A stretch of DNA of 64,000 nucleotides. It comes from Candidatus Binatia bacterium (GTDB taxonomy: Bacteria > Desulfobacterota > Binatia > UBA9968 > JAJDTQ01). The stretch covers positions 320,001-384,000 of the forward strand of contig OY762897.2 of the NCBI GenBank assembly GCA_963666515.2. Reading direction: 5' to 3'. Below, piece after piece: positions 9,175 to 20,335 of this stretch. Below the pieces are notes generated by a model that was given only the letters and a program-made list of their open reading frames with translations, did not search any database and had not been told where the DNA came from. A program made the translations under genes and the position numbers. How positions within the stretch are numbered: the stretch's first letter is position 1; each line of letters begins with the position of its first letter.

Positions 9175-10363
9175 AGCCGTTGCCCCATATCGCCGCCGCC
9201 GTCTCTACAACCCGGCCGAGCTTGCGCCACTGGTCGTCTTCGCTCAGGGACTCGTGGTAGAGGCCGCTGGCGAAGCCGCATTGCGGGCTCAGGGCCAGTT
9301 GCTCCGGCGGGCAGTGCCGGCTCGCTTCATCCACGCGGTTCCGCAGCTCGTCGACGCTTTCGAGGCGGGCGCTCTTGGTGGTCACCAGTCCGAGAACGAC
9401 GGTCTTGCCGGCGGGCACGAAGCGCAGGGGCTCGAAGGAGCCCGCGCGCTCGCTGTCGTACTCCAGCAGGAAACGGTGGTGCTGCAGGCCGTTGAAGAGG
9501 CGCTCGGCGATGGCGTCGTAATGTCCTTCCCGATGCCACTGCGGCACCAGCTCGCCGGTCTTGGGGTCGTGGGTGCGGGCGTTGCCCCGGCACAGGTGGA
9601 TGCCGAAGGTCACCCCTGGGAAGCCTTCGATCAGGGCGTTGTCCGCGCGGATGGACCGCTCCAGGTTCTCGTCCGGGTCCTCGCCGCGGGAGCGCATGCG
9701 GTCCAATGACACCTGGTCCACATAGGCCGTGTAGCCCGGCGCGTCGATCTGGATGTAGCGGCAGCCCGCGGCCACCAGTTCGGCGATCATGCTCCGCTCG
9801 ATACGCACCACGTCGTCGGTGAACTCGTCCAGGCCGCCGGGGTAGACGGACCGGGAGTCTTCCCACTTGAACCGCTGCGCGATGCGGTCCGGGCCGATGA
9901 GGGTGGGCTTGACCAGATGGCCGGCCATGTCGCTGGCGAACCGGTACTCCTCCAGCGGCAGGTTGCGGACCAGCCGTAGTTTCTCCACCGCCTTGCGCCG
10001 TGTGACGATGGCCGGACCGGCGGCGTTGAAGTCCTGCTCCGCGCGTTCCAGGGGCGTCGTGTTGACGTTCTCGTGGACGTAGAAGCGGATGGATTCCCGC
10101 GGCACGTCGAAGCCGGAGACGCACGCGGAGAAGCTCTCCTGGAAGTTGCGCCGCCGCAACTCGCCGTCGCCCACGACTTGCAGCCCCACGGCTTCCTGCT
10201 TTCGGATGATTTCCTGAATGGCCTCATCCTGAGCCCGCTGCAACTCCTCGTCGTCGGCCTCGTACCGGTCGTGCCGGAGGAAGACCTCCAGGAGCGGGCC
10301 GGGGTGGACCAAGCTGCCGATGTGCTCCGCCCGCAATCCGTGCAAGTCGTTTTCAGTGCTCAT
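9173..10363 (-). CDS. Cobalamin-independent methionine synthase II family protein (catalytic domain only)
   Basis: AEHIGSL, GDGELRR, YIQIDAP; Zn ligands in HLCRGN, LEYD and PQCGF. Confidence 0.88.
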   Translation of the reverse strand: MSTENDLHGLRAEHIGSLVHPGPLLEVFLRHDRYEADDEELQRAQDEAIQEIIRKQEAVGLQVVGDGELRRRNFQESFSACVSGFDVPRESIRFYVHENVNTTPLERAEQDFNAAGPAIVTRRKAVEKLRLVRNLPLEEYRFASDMAGHLVKPTLIGPDRIAQRFKWEDSRSVYPGGLDEFTDDVVRIERSMIAELVAAGCRYIQIDAPGYTAYVDQVSLDRMRSRGEDPDENLERSIRADNALIEGFPGVTFGIHLCRGNARTHDPKTGELVPQWHREGHYDAIAERLFNGLQHHRFLLEYDSERAGSFEPLRFVPAGKTVVLGLVTTKSARLESVDELRNRVDEASRHCPPEQLALSPQCGFASGLYHESLSEDDQWRKLGRVVETAAAIWGNG

Positions 10364-10408
10364 GGTTTCCTTGGGCGGCGGTTGAGCCGCCGTCGTTACA
10401 AGCCGCCG

Positions 10409-11929
10409 TCAGTCTCCCTGGGCAGCTTCATCTCCCTTGAGTCTGGCGAACCCCGTGCGGATGGACGGCAGGAAGATCAGCACCACCGCGAACACCAGCA
10501 GCGCCAGGGTCATCGGCCGCTGCCATATGAAGCCGATGCCGTCGGTGAGGTTCATGGCGCGCGCGAAGTTGTTTTCCAGCAGCGGTCCGAGGATGAAGCC
10601 GATGAGCATCGGCGCCAGCGGGTAGCCGGCCATGCGCATGATGGTGGCCACGAGCCCCATGCCGGTGAGCAGCAGCAGCTCGGTGGCATTGTTCTGGCCG
10701 ATGTAGCTGCCCATCATGGTGAAGAACAGGATGAACGGGATCAGGTAGTTGCGCGGGATCTCCAGCAGCTTGGCGATGTACGGGATCAGCGGCAGGTTGA
10801 GGATCAGCAGCACCACGTTGCCGAGGTACATGGAGATGATCACCGCCCAGAAGATGGAGGGATTGTCCACCATCAGGCGCGGACCGGGCGCCACGTTCAA
10901 CGCGATCAGGGCGCCCAGCAGGATGGCGGTGGTGCCGGAGCCGGGAATGCCCAGGGTGAGCAGCGGCACGAACGAGCCGGTGCAGGCCGCGTTGTTGGCG
11001 GTTTCCGGCGCCGCAAGTCCCTTGATGGACCCTTTGCCGAACCTGGCCCGGTCCTCCCCCTTGGCGATGTTGCGTTCCACCGCGTAGCCGAGAAACGACG
11101 CGATGGTGGCGCCCGCGCCGGGCATGACCCCGATGAAGAAACCCTGGAGCGACTGGCGTCCGATGACCGGGGCGATCTCCCTGGCCTCCTCGCGCGTGAT
11201 GCGCAGGTTGGCGATCCTGCCGCCGTCGTCGCCCTCGCGTTCCGAACGCTTGGGGTTGAGCACCAGGTACAGCGCCTCGGGCAGGGCGAACAGAGCCATG
11301 GCCAGGGTGATGAAGCTGATGCCGCTCTGCAGGTCCTGGACGCCAAAGGTGAAGCGCGGAGCGTTGAACAGGGCGCTCTCGCCCACGGTCGCCAGCATCA
11401 CGCCCAGCACGGTCATCATCAGGGCCTTGGCCACCTGGCCCGAGCCCGCGAAGGCGGCGATGGCGGCAAGCCCCACGACCATCAGCGCGAAGTACTCGGC
11501 GGAGTGGAACAACAGGGCCACGGTGGCCAGTCCCGGCGCGAACCCCATCAGCAGGATGGCGCCGATGGTGCCGCCGGAGAAAGACCCGATGGCCGCAACG
11601 GTCAGCGCCTTGCCGGCCTGCCCCTGCCGCGCCATGGGGTAGCCGTCGAACGCCGTGGCGACGGTGCCGGCCACGCCGGGCGCGTTGATGAGGATGGACG
11701 AAGTGGAGCCGCCGAAGATGGCGCCGTAGTACACGCCCGCCAGCAGGATCAGCGCCGCGGCGGGGTCGCCGATCTGTATGGCCACGGGGATCATGATGGC
11801 GATGATCGACATGGGGCCGAGGCCCGGCAGCATGCCGATCAGGGTGCCGATGAGGCACCCGGCGACGACCATGAGGAGGTTCTGGATGCTGAAGGCGGTC
11901 GTCAGACCGGCGAGGATTCCTTCGATCAT
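10409..11929 (-). CDS. tctA: Tripartite tricarboxylate transporter large permease
   Basis: GTLIGMLPGLG, YGAIFGGS, APETANNA, LTLGIPGS. Confidence 0.95.
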   Translation of the reverse strand: MIEGILAGLTTAFSIQNLLMVVAGCLIGTLIGMLPGLGPMSIIAIMIPVAIQIGDPAAALILLAGVYYGAIFGGSTSSILINAPGVAGTVATAFDGYPMARQGQAGKALTVAAIGSFSGGTIGAILLMGFAPGLATVALLFHSAEYFALMVVGLAAIAAFAGSGQVAKALMMTVLGVMLATVGESALFNAPRFTFGVQDLQSGISFITLAMALFALPEALYLVLNPKRSEREGDDGGRIANLRITREEAREIAPVIGRQSLQGFFIGVMPGAGATIASFLGYAVERNIAKGEDRARFGKGSIKGLAAPETANNAACTGSFVPLLTLGIPGSGTTAILLGALIALNVAPGPRLMVDNPSIFWAVIISMYLGNVVLLILNLPLIPYIAKLLEIPRNYLIPFILFFTMMGSYIGQNNATELLLLTGMGLVATIMRMAGYPLAPMLIGFILGPLLENNFARAMNLTDGIGFIWQRPMTLALLVFAVVLIFLPSIRTGFARLKGDEAAQGD

Positions 11930-11952
11930 CGGGTCGTACCCCTAGAGGAACC

Positions 11953-12438
11953 CTAGAAGAACCAGGGCCACGGGCGGAGGAAGATGCCGAGCACTTCCTG
12001 CACCAGGTACCAGATCAGGAACGCCGAGAGCAGGGCGACCGGAACGAGCAGGAGGTAGCGCCGCTCGCCCAGTATCATCGCCCCGAGGATCAGAAAGAGC
12101 GTTGTCGTGGTCAGGAAGCCCACGGGTCTGAGCAGCAGGGCATAGGCGATCATGAGCACCAGCAGCAGCACCGCCGGCCCGAGCTTGTACTGCCGGAGGT
12201 TGCCGATGTCGATGTCGTCGTCGGCGGTCTGGCCGCCGGTTACGGAACCGGACTGGATCAGCACCGCAAGCCCCACCAGCACGCCGAGGACGCTCAACCA
12301 CTTGGGGAGCACGTTGGGCAGGAACGCCAGGTTGCGCTCGAAGGGAAGTATCGAGGCCTCCATGACCACGAAGGCCGTGTACCCGTAGATCAGGCAGATG
12401 AGGATGAAAACAAGGGCGATCGCGCGTTCGAGGGTCAT
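11953..12438 (-). CDS. tctB: Tripartite tricarboxylate transporter small subunit
   Basis: Small protein with about 4 hydrophobic segments, located between tctC and tctA; GAGGAG RBS. Confidence 0.88.
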   Translation of the reverse strand: MTLERAIALVFILICLIYGYTAFVVMEASILPFERNLAFLPNVLPKWLSVLGVLVGLAVLIQSGSVTGGQTADDDIDIGNLRQYKLGPAVLLLVLMIAYALLLRPVGFLTTTTLFLILGAMILGERRYLLLVPVALLSAFLIWYLVQEVLGIFLRPWPWFF

Positions 12439-12477
12439 GAAATCACTCCTCTTCGTCCCTCGCGCCACGGGGAGACA

Positions 12478-12509
12478 AGCCGGGGCGCCCTCCAACGGGC
12501 GCCCCGGCT
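12478..12509. terminator. GC-rich stem-loop between tctC and tctB
   Basis: agccggggcgccc-tccaac-gggcgccccggct, a perfect 13-bp stem. Confidence 0.7.
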
Positions 12510-12520
12510 GATTTGAGCGG

Positions 12521-13516
12521 TTACTTCAGGAAGCCGAGCTGCTGCATCAAGGTCTTGATCACCTTCTCCTGGTTCTCCAGGAACGCGACGAAATCCTTGC
12601 CCGAGTTGTGGATGTCCACCCAGCCGTTGCGGTCGCGTACGGCCTTCCACTCCGGCGTGGCGTACATGGCCGCGAGGGCCTTGCGGTACAGGTTCGCCTT
12701 GTCTTCCGGCAGCCCCGGGGCGGCGAAGAAGCCGCGCCAGTTGACGAACGTTACGTCGATTCCCTGTTCCTTGAGAGTCGGGGCATCCTTGAACGCCGCC
12801 ACGCGCTCCGGGGCGGTGACCGCCAGGATGCGCATCTCGCCGGCCTTCGCCAGCCCCACGGCCTCCGAGAAACCGGTGGAGCCCGCGGCCACTTCGCCGG
12901 ACAGGATGGCCGCGTTCAGCTTGCCGCCGGCGTCATAGGCAATGTACTTGACTTTTGTGGGGTCGGCCCCGGCGGCCTGGAAGGCCATGGCAATGGACAG
13001 ATGGTCCAGGGACCCGGGCACCGAACCGCCGCCCACCGATACCTGGCGTGGGTTTTTCTTGTAGGCCGCAACGACGTCCGCAAAGTTCTTGTAGGGGCTG
13101 TCCTTGCCGGTGATGATGGCCTGGTAGTCGCCGATGGTGCCGGCGATCATGGTCAGGTCGCGGAAGTTGTGGGGAAAGCGCCCCACCAGCGAGCGGATGA
13201 TGATGGGCGTCGAGTTGACCATCAGGGTGCCGTGGTTGGACGCCGCGTTCTCGATGAGAAAGCCGATGGCCTTGCCGCCGCCGCCGCCGGACATGTTCTC
13301 GTACGAGGCCGATCCGACGATGCCGGCCTTGGTCAGCGCCTCGCCGGTGCCGCGCGCGGTGCCGTCCCAGCCGCCGCCGGCGCCGCCGGGGATGAGGAAG
13401 TGGATCTTGTCGACGATCTGCTCCGCTGCGGGAGTGGGGTTCGCCGCGCTCAGCGCCAGCACGGTCGCGGTGGCGACGGCTACGCCCAGCCGCGTCAGAA
13501 AACGGGTACGTGTCAT
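12521..13516 (-). CDS. tctC: Tripartite tricarboxylate transporter substrate-binding protein
   Basis: Signal peptide, PGGAGGGWDGTAR, ENMSGGGG, PTLKEQG, NWRGFFAAPG. Confidence 0.93.
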   Translation of the reverse strand: MTRTRFLTRLGVAVATATVLALSAANPTPAAEQIVDKIHFLIPGGAGGGWDGTARGTGEALTKAGIVGSASYENMSGGGGGKAIGFLIENAASNHGTLMVNSTPIIIRSLVGRFPHNFRDLTMIAGTIGDYQAIITGKDSPYKNFADVVAAYKKNPRQVSVGGGSVPGSLDHLSIAMAFQAAGADPTKVKYIAYDAGGKLNAAILSGEVAAGSTGFSEAVGLAKAGEMRILAVTAPERVAAFKDAPTLKEQGIDVTFVNWRGFFAAPGLPEDKANLYRKALAAMYATPEWKAVRDRNGWVDIHNSGKDFVAFLENQEKVIKTLMQQLGFLK

Positions 13517-13700
13517 GGGATGGTTCCTCCTGTCTGAAAGTGTTAAACCATGGACTGATAACGCAATCGGGACCATTTGTCTAATATGAACGGGCGGGCA
13601 CGGAGTTGCCCCGGCGCGTCGCTCCGGCGAAACTTGTTGTTGATGTCGAGCGGCAAATGGGATAAACAGGCGCAATCGACAAACCCGAGGAGGTGTCTGA

Positions 13701-14702
13701 ATGAATCGGAAAACATTGTTTTCGACGCTGGTTCTGGCGGCCGTGTTGTCGCTGAGCGTCAGTGCGTTCGCGCAGTGGAACATCTCGGTGGTGGGCTCGC
13801 CGGCGGGCGGCACGCTCCAGGTGAAGTCCGAGGGGCTTGGCGAAGCCCTGCGCCGGGCCATCCCCAAGTCGAACGTCACGGTGCCGACCTCCAGTCCGGC
13901 GGCGGGGCTGGCGCTGACCGGCGAAGGCAAGGCGGCGGTGGGCGTGGGCGCTTCGGCGCGCATGGCCGTGAACGCAATTCGCGGGAACGCGCCGTTCAAG
14001 AAGAAGTACGACTTCAAGCTGCTGGCGTTCTGGGGCGCGGACCTCTTCATGTTCGTCGCCACGCCCAAGGCCAACCTGAGCACGTTCCGCGACTACGTGG
14101 CGCGCAAGGCCAAGGACGGCATCTCGGTGGGGCCCAAGGGCAGCGGCTCCTACATGGTGTTCGATGACGTGGCCAACGTGCACGGCACCAACTTCAAGCA
14201 GATGGAAGGGTGGGGCGCGAAGATTCACTATCAATACTCCGCCCCCTCGCTGGAACTGCTCCAGGACGGGCAGATCGAGGGGTTGGGAGGCCTCTGGGGA
14301 CAGCCGAGCGCCCGTATCGTCGACCTCACCAACAACCGGGAGATGGTTTGGGTAGGCCTGGACAAGGAGGCCATCGACAAGCTCGGCGCGGAGTTCGGGT
14401 ATGAGCACGTGAGGCTCGAAAGCCCGGGGGACTTCGGCTACGGCTACAAGTTCGTCAACAAGAAGCCTCTGGATACCGTGCGCATGGCGGACATCGTGGT
14501 CATCAACTCGAACCTGTCCGTGGATCAGGCCTACACCATTACCAAGGCCATCTACGGCAGCAAGGACTTCCTGGTCAACGTGCACGTTTCCTTCAAGGCC
14601 CTGAGCGCGGAGAACACCATCGCCCTGGACAAGGCGTCCAAGGCCTTGAACCTCCACGAGGGCACCATCAAGTATTTCCGCGAAGTGGGTGCCATGAAGT
14701 AG
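13701..14702 (+). CDS. TAXI-family TRAP transporter solute-binding subunit
   Basis: Signal peptide, GSPAGGT, SVGPKGSGS, LHEGTIKYFRE; lies upstream of a fused TRAP permease. Confidence 0.88.
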   Translation: MNRKTLFSTLVLAAVLSLSVSAFAQWNISVVGSPAGGTLQVKSEGLGEALRRAIPKSNVTVPTSSPAAGLALTGEGKAAVGVGASARMAVNAIRGNAPFKKKYDFKLLAFWGADLFMFVATPKANLSTFRDYVARKAKDGISVGPKGSGSYMVFDDVANVHGTNFKQMEGWGAKIHYQYSAPSLELLQDGQIEGLGGLWGQPSARIVDLTNNREMVWVGLDKEAIDKLGAEFGYEHVRLESPGDFGYGYKFVNKKPLDTVRMADIVVINSNLSVDQAYTITKAIYGSKDFLVNVHVSFKALSAENTIALDKASKALNLHEGTIKYFREVGAMK

Positions 14703-14714
14703 CGGCGCCCGGCG

Positions 14715-14745
14715 GCATGCGCGGGACCGGTTGTCCCGCGCATGC
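14715..14745. terminator. Stem-loop between the TAXI binding-protein gene and the permease gene
   Basis: gcatgcgcgggac-cggtt-gtcccgcgcatgc. Confidence 0.7.
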
Positions 14746-14823
14746 TCCGCGCCGGCGGTGGCGCAGCGCCCGTCGCGGCGCCGTCCCGCACCTCCGACCT
14801 CCGACAACTTTCCTCTCCCGCCC

Positions 14824-16764
14824 ATGTCTTTCCTGACGACCCTCGGCCGAGTGTACGAGGACTACGCGGAAGGCAGCCGACGGCAGTTCACCGGCGTCGC
14901 CGGCAAGCTCGTCAGCGGCTTTGCCATCCTGTACTCCCTCTACCACATCTACGTCTTCATCATCGGCGTCGGCAAGCTGAACGTGTTCCAGCACCGCTCG
15001 ACGCACCTGCTGTGGCTCCTGGCGTTTTCTTTCATCGTCTTCGGCCCGGCGGTCAGGAAGACGCGGGTGGGGCTGTGGGACTGGATCCCGGCGGTCCTGT
15101 CCATCGCCATCTGGGTCTACATGATGTTCAACCTCGAGCGCATCACCTTGTGGTTGAGCCTCATCGACGAACCGCCGCTGCTGGATCTGATCTTCGGCGG
15201 CCTGTTGATCCTGCTGGTGCTCGAGGGCGTGCGGCGCGTATCGCGAATGCCGCTCGTGATCGTCACCGTGATCTTCCTGCTCTACATGTTCTGGGGAAAT
15301 CTGCTGGGCGGGATCTGGTGGCACGCGGGCATGAACTATGACGTGGTCATCGATCATCTGTTCCTGAGCCCCCAGGGCATGTGGGGCTCGCTCATGAACA
15401 TCTCCGCCACCTACATCATCCTGTTCGTGCTCTTCGGTCAGTTGCTGCTGCACCTCGGCGGAGCCGCGTTCTTCGTGGATCTTGCCGATGCCGTGGCCGG
15501 GCGCGCCCGCGGCGGGCCTGCCAAGGTGGCGGTGGTGGGGAGCGGCCTCTTCGGGACCATCTCGGGCAGCCAGATCGCCAACGTCGCCACCAGCGGCTCC
15601 TTTACCATCCCGATGATGAAGCGTGTCGGCTTCCGGCCGGAGTTCGCCGGCGCGGTGGAGCTGTCGGCGTCCATGGGGGGGATGTTCATGCCGCCGGTGA
15701 TGGCGTCCACCGTGTTCCTGATGAGCGACATCAGCGGCATCCCGTACGTGGAGATCATCGTGGCGGCGTTCATACCCGCTTGCCTCTATTTCTACACGGT
15801 CTTCTGGCAGGTGCACATGGAGAGCGTGAAGATGGGGATCACCTCCCCAACCGAGGGCAGGCGCTCGGCGTGGGACGTGCTCAAGGAGGACGGCCACTTC
15901 ATCGTGCCCCTGGTGGTGATCGTCTGGGTGTTGCTGGAAGGTTATACCCCCATCCGGGCCGCGCTGGTGGCCATCGCGACGTTGCTGTTGGTCACGGTGG
16001 TGAGGAAGAAGGGACGCAAGGACTTCATCAGGAACGTGCTCAAGGGGCTCGAAACCGGCGCCACCACCACCATCATCGTGGGGCTTCCCATCGCCGCCGG
16101 CGCCATCATGGTCACGGCCATCTCCGCCACCGGCCTCGGCGGCAAGTTCGGCTCCATGGTCATGCTCTTCTCCGGCGGCTACCTGTTCCCCGCCCTGTTC
16201 ATCGCCATGATCGCCTCCCTGGTGCTGGGGGCGCCGCTGTCGGTGGCGGCCACCTATATTCTGACGGCGATCATGATCGTGCCCGTGACCGTGCAACTGG
16301 GCGTGCCGCCCCTGGCCGCGCACTTGTTCGCGGTGTACTTCGCGGTCATCGCGCCCATGTCTCCGCCCGCGGGCCCAGCCATGTTCCTTGCCGGAGGACT
16401 GGCCGGGGCCAACCCCATGATCGTGGGGCTTCTAGGGATGCGTATGGCGGTCGGCGCGTTCGTGCTCCCGTTCCTGTTCGTTTTCAACACCGGCCTGCTG
16501 ATGGAGGGGAGCCTCGCCGAGATCCTGTTGGCCACCGGCGTCGCCGCGCTGGCGTTGTTCGCCCTGGCCGCGGGCTTCGAGGGCTGGATCGCCGGGGCGA
16601 CCGCCGTGTGGGAGCGGGTTCTCCTGGTGGGGGGAGGTTTCATCATGATCTTCCCGGGCACCCTGACCCTCAGCCTGGGCGCCGCCGCGGTGATCCTGGC
16701 CATCGTGGCCCACATGGTCCGGGTCAGGGTGGTGAAGCCTGCGAGCGAGCCGGCGTCTCCCTGA
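14824..16764 (+). CDS. TRAP transporter fused (4TM/12TM) permease
   Basis: RGGPAKVAVVGS, GTISGS, SGSFTIPMMK, MPPVM; many transmembrane segments. Confidence 0.93.
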   Translation: MSFLTTLGRVYEDYAEGSRRQFTGVAGKLVSGFAILYSLYHIYVFIIGVGKLNVFQHRSTHLLWLLAFSFIVFGPAVRKTRVGLWDWIPAVLSIAIWVYMMFNLERITLWLSLIDEPPLLDLIFGGLLILLVLEGVRRVSRMPLVIVTVIFLLYMFWGNLLGGIWWHAGMNYDVVIDHLFLSPQGMWGSLMNISATYIILFVLFGQLLLHLGGAAFFVDLADAVAGRARGGPAKVAVVGSGLFGTISGSQIANVATSGSFTIPMMKRVGFRPEFAGAVELSASMGGMFMPPVMASTVFLMSDISGIPYVEIIVAAFIPACLYFYTVFWQVHMESVKMGITSPTEGRRSAWDVLKEDGHFIVPLVVIVWVLLEGYTPIRAALVAIATLLLVTVVRKKGRKDFIRNVLKGLETGATTTIIVGLPIAAGAIMVTAISATGLGGKFGSMVMLFSGGYLFPALFIAMIASLVLGAPLSVAATYILTAIMIVPVTVQLGVPPLAAHLFAVYFAVIAPMSPPAGPAMFLAGGLAGANPMIVGLLGMRMAVGAFVLPFLFVFNTGLLMEGSLAEILLATGVAALALFALAAGFEGWIAGATAVWERVLLVGGGFIMIFPGTLTLSLGAAAVILAIVAHMVRVRVVKPASEPASP

Positions 16765-16832
16765 CGCGCAAGTGGGGCGTGGATGCCCGACATGGACGGC
16801 AACGGCTGGGCGCCGGTGCAGTTGCCTTCAAC

Positions 16833-17480
16833 GTGACGAGTCATAGCGCGTTGGTTTTCGTTCGGACAGTGCTGCTCGTGCTCGTGCTCGCGCTCGTGTG
16901 GGTGTCGGGCTGCAGCTACTCGCCGCCGCCGCAACGCCAGCGGGACATCTGCCAAGTCTTTGCCCAGTATCCCGACTGGTACGACTACGCCCGGAAGTCC
17001 CAGCAGAAGTGGGGCACGCCGGTGAACGTCCTCATGGCCTTCGTGCACCACGAATCGAGCTACCGTAGCCACGCCAAGCCGCCTCGGCGGTGGTTCCTGT
17101 TCATACCGCTGGGGCGCCCGTCGTCGGCCAGGGGTTACGCCCAGGCCCAGAACCCGGTCTGGAGCGAATACCAGGCCGAGCGGGGCCGGCTCTTCCGTAG
17201 CCGCTCGGACATGGAGGACGCCCTCGACTTCATCGGCTGGTACAACTACAAGACCTGGCGCGAGCTCGGCATCTCCCGCGCCAACGCCGAAAGACTCTAT
17301 CTCGCCTACCACGAGGGCCGCGGCGGCTATCGCCGCGGCACCTGGAAGAAGAAGCCCTGGTTGCAGCGTGTCGCCAGACGCGTCGCCGGCACCGCCGGCC
17401 AGTATCGCTCGCAGCTTGCCCGGTGCGAGTCGCGTTTCCGTTGCGACTCGTGGTACCAGGTCTGGCCGTTGTGCCGTTGA
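16833..17480 (+). CDS. Lipoprotein with SLT-like lytic transglycosylase domain
   Basis: Lipobox VSGC, FVHHESSY, SSARGYAQA, YLAYHEGRGGY. Start uncertain. Confidence 0.8.
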   Translation: MTSHSALVFVRTVLLVLVLALVWVSGCSYSPPPQRQRDICQVFAQYPDWYDYARKSQQKWGTPVNVLMAFVHHESSYRSHAKPPRRWFLFIPLGRPSSARGYAQAQNPVWSEYQAERGRLFRSRSDMEDALDFIGWYNYKTWRELGISRANAERLYLAYHEGRGGYRRGTWKKKPWLQRVARRVAGTAGQYRSQLARCESRFRCDSWYQVWPLCR

Positions 17481-17502
17481 CCGGCCCGCTAGCGGCGCCC
17501 CC

Positions 17503-17529
17503 GTCATTCCGGCGAAAGCCGGAATCCAG
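17503..17529. repeat. REP-like palindrome, family B
   Basis: GTCATTCCGGCGAAAGCCGGAATCCAG, identical to 4781-4807. Confidence 0.9.
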
Positions 17530-17642
17530 GCGGGGCAGGGCTGGGGCCATCTCGACAACCCGCTTGCAAACCCGAACCACTCTGTCATAGAGTGCGGTCG
17601 CTCATCGGCTTGCGATGAAGAAAACAACAAGGAGTCACGAAA

Positions 17643-18668
17643 ATGAAACAATTCACGAACAAATGGACGGCTCCGGCGGCACTATTGGCCTTCGGCATCG
17701 CGACCCTCGCGGCCACGGCCGCAAGCGCCGCGGACCTCACGCCCATCAGCGTGGGCCGGACGACCTCGGCGAGCGGATTCCACATCCCCTCCTACATCGC
17801 CATGGACGCGGGCATCTTCAAGAAGTACGGGCTGGACGCCAAGTACCGCAGCATGAGCGGCAAGGCGCTGCTCAACGCCGGCATCGCCAAGCAGATCGAC
17901 TTCGTGCCGATCCCCGGCGGCGGCTCCCAGGCCGCGCTCAAGGGCGCGCCCATCACCTACCTGGTAGGCCAGTCGCTGATCTCCCAGTGGACCGTCACCG
18001 CCCACGCGAGCATCAAGACGGTGCAGGACCTCAAGGGCAAGATCATCGGCCTGGGGCGGCCCGGCAGCGCCGACTACGATGAGGCCGACATCGTGCTGTC
18101 CAAGAACTTCGGCATGGAGCCCGGACGCGACTACAAGGTCATCAGCTTCCGGGGCGAGGCCGAGCGCATCGCCGCCATGATCAACGGCGACATCCACGCC
18201 GGCCTGCTCACGTTCCCCCACGCCGCCAAGGCGAAGCTCGCCGGTTTCAAGGTCGTCCTGAAGACCGGCAAGTACCTGCCCCGCATCGGCGGCAGCTTCT
18301 GGGTCCACAACGACTACCTCAAGGCCAACCGCAAGACCGCCAAGGCCTTCATCCACGCCATGGCCGAGGCCGCCGAGTACATGGAGAACAACAAGGAAGG
18401 GTCCATCGACGTCATCCAGAAGTACTTCGCCATGAAGGACCGCAGGGAAGCCGAAGGCGTCTGGGAGGAAGTGTTCGACCAGTACGGCCCGGACATGCCC
18501 GAAGCCCTGGTCCTGAGCCTGTTCGAGTCCCGCGTCAAGCGCATGATCTCGAAGAACCTCTGGCCCAAGGACAAGCCCCTCCCCGACGTCGAGAAGTTCG
18601 TCGCCAGGGACCTGCTGAACGAGACCCTGAGAGAGCGGGGCTACTACCTGCAGGCGAAGCCGCTGTAG
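17643..18668 (+). CDS. ABC transporter substrate-binding protein, NitT/TauT (SsuA/NMT1-like)
   Basis: Signal peptide, GIFKKYGLD, DLKGKIIG, ERIAAMINGDIHA. Confidence 0.88.
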   Translation: MKQFTNKWTAPAALLAFGIATLAATAASAADLTPISVGRTTSASGFHIPSYIAMDAGIFKKYGLDAKYRSMSGKALLNAGIAKQIDFVPIPGGGSQAALKGAPITYLVGQSLISQWTVTAHASIKTVQDLKGKIIGLGRPGSADYDEADIVLSKNFGMEPGRDYKVISFRGEAERIAAMINGDIHAGLLTFPHAAKAKLAGFKVVLKTGKYLPRIGGSFWVHNDYLKANRKTAKAFIHAMAEAAEYMENNKEGSIDVIQKYFAMKDRREAEGVWEEVFDQYGPDMPEALVLSLFESRVKRMISKNLWPKDKPLPDVEKFVARDLLNETLRERGYYLQAKPL

Positions 18669-18689
18669 GCCGGCCCCTTCACTCCTGCC

Positions 18690-18728
18690 GTTTCGGGGCA
18701 CGCGGCGCCGGTCCGTGTGCCCCGAAAC
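18690..18728 (+). terminator. Stem-loop after the binding-protein gene; left edge of the defence island
   Basis: gtttcggggcacgcgg...ccgtgtgccccgaaac, a 16-bp stem with one G-U pair. Confidence 0.75.
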
Positions 18729-18774
18729 AAGCATACTTGTGCATCTGCAAACTTTCTTGTAGTTCTGTAGGTGC

Positions 18775-20286
<1,512 letters not shown>

Positions 20287-20301
20287 TGGCACGGTGCTTG
20301 C
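20287..20301 (+). promoter_or_regulatory. Sigma-54 (-24/-12) promoter upstream of hsdR
   Basis: TGGCACGGTGCTTGC matches TGGCACG-N4-TTGC exactly; it begins 1 nt after the activator stop and precedes the GAGGAGG RBS. Confidence 0.88.
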
Positions 20302-20335
20302 CTCTAACAATGGTACTGTGGACGAGGAGGATCGG

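Noticed and set aside
9173-10363. Full-length metE
   Set aside because: Only the roughly 400-aa catalytic half is present; substrate and methyl donor cannot be assigned.
10073-11956. Long antisense or alternate-frame ORFs (also 55032-56993, 61339-63642, 20249-21991 and others)
   Set aside because: Shadow ORFs expected in high-GC coding DNA; they overlap well-supported genes and show no motifs.
15381-16832. 699-aa ORF as a large fusion protein
   Set aside because: The upstream part is an off-frame shadow of the TRAP permease; only the SLT lipoprotein part looks real.
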